From the NCBI RefSeq assembly GCF_000008565.1, contig NC_001263.1, positions 1,285,373-1,302,383 of the forward strand: DNA of 17,011 bases. Direction: 5' to 3'. Within the stretch, counting starts at the first letter, position 1, and each line of letters opens with the position of its first letter. The DNA is from Deinococcus radiodurans R1 = ATCC 13939 = DSM 20539 (lineage in GTDB: Bacteria > Deinococcota > Deinococci > Deinococcales > Deinococcaceae). A program made the translations under genes and the position numbers. Below the pieces are notes generated by a model. That model made no database searches. It saw nothing but the letters and a program-made list of their open reading frames with translations, and had not been told where the DNA came from. This document shows positions 16,419 to 17,011 of this stretch, one piece after another.

Positions 16419-17011
16419 ATGCCCAGGCCCCGTCTGCCCGCCGTTTCTGTGCCGCCCTTGCCCGCGCTGCTGCTGTCCATGCTGAGTGTTCAGGGGGGCG
16501 CGGCCTTCGCCAAGTCGCTGTTTCCGGCGCTGGGGTCGGCGGGCACCACGGCGGTGCGGGTCACGCTGGCGGCGCTCCTCCTGCTGCTCGTTTTTCGTCC
16601 GAATCTGCGCGCCCTGACCCGCAACGACTGGCGGGCCATCGTGCCCTACGGAGCCGCGCTGGGGCTGATGAACCTGAGCTTTTATTTCGCACTCGAGCGG
16701 CTGCCGCTGGGTCTCGCCGTCACGCTGGAATTCGTGGGGCCGCTGCTGCTCTCACTCTTTCTCTCGCGCCGGGTGACCGATGTGGGCTGGGTGCTGCTCG
16801 CCGCGCTGGGCATTGTCCTGATCGCGCCGGTGGGGGAGAGCGCCGGGCATCTCGACCTGACGGGCGCGGGGCTGGCGCTGCTCGCCGGGGCGTTCTGGGC
16901 CGCCTACATCGTGACCGGGGGCGCGGTGGGGCGGCGGGTGCCGGGCACGACGGGCGTGGTGGCGGGCATGTTGGTGGCGGCGCTGGTCGTGCTGCCGTTC
17001 GGGGCGGCGCA
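16419..17011 (+). CDS. rhtA: EamA/DMT-family exporter, RhtA-like (threonine/homoserine exporter type); 5' part, runs off the window
   Basis: My own translation from ATG 16419: MPRPRLPAVSVPPLPALLLSMLSVQGGAAFAKSLFPALGSAGTTAVRVTLAALLLLLVFRP..YGAALGLMNLSFYFALERLPLGLAVTLEFVGPLLLSLFLSRR..DLTGAGLALLAGAFWAAYIV. It is collinear with E. coli RhtA as I recall it (..SIQSGASLAKSLFPLVGAPGVTALRLALG..GGMNYLFYLSIQTVPLGIAVALEFTGPLAVALFSSRR..DLTGCALALGAGACWAIYIL). It is absent from the ORF track because it has no stop in the window. Confidence 0.85.
   Translation, partial: MPRPRLPAVSVPPLPALLLSMLSVQGGAAFAKSLFPALGSAGTTAVRVTLAALLLLLVFRPNLRALTRNDWRAIVPYGAALGLMNLSFYFALERLPLGLAVTLEFVGPLLLSLFLSRRVTDVGWVLLAALGIVLIAPVGESAGHLDLTGAGLALLAGAFWAAYIVTGGAVGRRVPGTTGVVAGMLVAALVVLPFGAA

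Overview
High-G+C bacterial chromosomal segment. From memory and without a database search, the proteins and the small palindromic intergenic repeats match Deinococcus radiodurans chromosome 1 around sodA, recQ, serA and rpsP. The telling proteins are a Mn-SOD with a GQGQGQ insert, a RecQ with three C-terminal HRDC modules, a YmdB-type phosphoesterase, PEP carboxylase, SerA, MoaB and S16. Gene order, with < marking minus-strand genes: hom (3' end), MITE-like repeat, sodA, small membrane ORF, ymdB-like, <hypothetical, ppc, IS element, <degenerate tandem-YceI gene, <recQ, orphan family-5 ABC substrate-binding protein, MITE-like repeat (inverted copy), <serA, moaB-like gene with a long tail, membrane hypothetical, <rpsP, rhtA-like exporter (5' part). 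The IS element is 1325 bp with perfect 18-bp terminal inverted repeats (TIRs), a 5-bp target-site duplication (TSD) and a broken transposase. I saw no rRNA, tRNA or CRISPR array. I do not find a convincing novel multi-gene system; this is mostly housekeeping DNA with one decayed accessory patch at 5357-7990. Points worth a second look: (1) two MITE-like repeats with TA-flanked inverted termini, each abutting a stop codon in the same orientation relative to its gene; (2) a 17-bp RDRM-type palindrome beside a leaderless-type -10 box in front of recQ; (3) a short-loop G-quadruplex motif in the recQ/SBP divergent region, inside a TTGACA-N17-TACCCT promoter; (4) a recurrent TANNNT-N6-8-ATG (leaderless mRNA) signature at seven genes; (5) three apparent 1-nt frame breaks and two in-frame stops within about 5 kb, which may be gene decay or assembly error.
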